A stretch of DNA of 63,676 nt, the filler included, from Chiloscyllium plagiosum (taxonomy: Eukaryota), in NCBI RefSeq assembly GCF_004010195.1. It is 5 parts of one record of this genome, joined end to end, with 100 filler letters (N's around TTAATTAATTAA, not from the genome) between each part and the next. Parts side by side here need not be neighbours in the genome. Positions count along the whole stretch, not along the records: positions 58,447 to 63,676 come from NC_057716.1; 4 more parts are not named here. One strand, written 5' to 3'. Made by a program: the position numbers and the translations under genes. Numbering within the stretch: the first letter of the stretch is position 1; every line of letters starts with the position of its first letter. Shown piece after piece: positions 62,862 to 63,676 of the stretch. Below the pieces are notes generated by a model, which was not told the origin of the DNA, did not search any database, and saw only the letters and a list, made by a program, of their open reading frames with translations.

Positions 62862-63597
62862 TGTTATGACACGGCGTAAACCCCTCTGCTGATTTACACA
62901 CACTACACAGGAATGGTTCATCCCGTGCTGTAATCTGTTCAAAATCGAAAGGCAACGAATTATCCTCTAAATCACTATTTAAAGCAAAATTGAACAAGGT
63001 TAGTTGTTTTAAGTCATCAGGTAGTATTAACTAACAAGGCCTTCGTCTTAAACTTATCTTTTAACTCCCCGTGTACAATACGAGTCCGATTCTTTTAAAA
63101 ATCTGATTACGACTTGCTGAAAAATAATTAAGTTGAATAACCAGTCAGTGTGGCGAGTGTCATCAGTCGATTTTAATCTGCACCTTGTTAATCCCGGTCG
63201 GGTTCCATGTTTTTCTGTGCGAAATCCTTCTCCAGACAGATACCTCTCAGAGACCCCTTACTCGCAGCCGACATTTCATGGTCTTTTGGCAAGTATCTTT
63301 GTCACGCTGACCATCTGTTCAAAATATCTGTTTACACTCCAAGTACCAGATCATTACTTATGTTTTAATATTATCAGAATACTCAATTGCAAAGTGATTG
63401 AAGTTTGGTGTCTTGGGGTATAATGTAAACTGATTGGACGAAACTGAATTTGTGTTTGTCTCAACATAATCCAGCTCCTCAAGCCGTTTCGAAGAAATGT
63501 TACAATGTTACCTTCTGCCGGACTTTTTGTGGTTCTTTCAGTCCTTGCTAGCTTTTCAACTCTCTTAAAGGAACAGTACGCATTCACCTTCATAACA
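62862..63597 (-). mobile_element. 5' LTR (736 bp) of the Gmr1-like element
   Basis: Termini TGTTATGA...TCATAACA form a perfect 8-bp inverted repeat; followed on the - strand by TTTGGGGCT, a partial tRNA-Pro-type primer-binding site. Confidence 0.85.
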
Positions 63598-63676
63598 CAA
63601 GTCTGAAGTGATTTTTGACGTCCTGTACATCTGTCTGACAGTGTAAACAATTCATCTCATGCATTCTGTGAATGAC

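Overview
Repeat-dominated vertebrate genomic DNA, most likely from a shark or other cartilaginous fish (inferred from HE1/V-SINE-type SINEs, CR1, Rex1 and Penelope families, and a GPR139-like first exon). It is not one contiguous locus. Four identical 100-bp artificial spacers (N44-TTAATTAATTAA-N44) join five gappy scaffolds: 1-26597, 26698-37757, 37858-48126, 48227-58346 and 58447-63676. No intact multi-exon protein-coding gene is visible. Contents: one near-canonical tRNA-Gly(UCC); five decayed tRNA relics (Arg, His, two Glu, Thr); exon 1 of a GPR139/142-like receptor; a C2H2 zinc-finger pseudogene; three relic Harbinger-type Myb/SANT genes; a near-full-length CR1 LINE; a Gmr1-like (integrase before RT) Ty3/gypsy provirus; and a 3.9-kb TSD-bounded Penelope-like element. 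The most unusual signal is a set of very short (about 115-235 bp) Penelope-terminal-repeat-only insertions, each with its own 11-15 bp target-site duplication and a head-to-head inverted structure; several retain minimal hammerhead ribozyme cores. All calls are by eye, without database searches.
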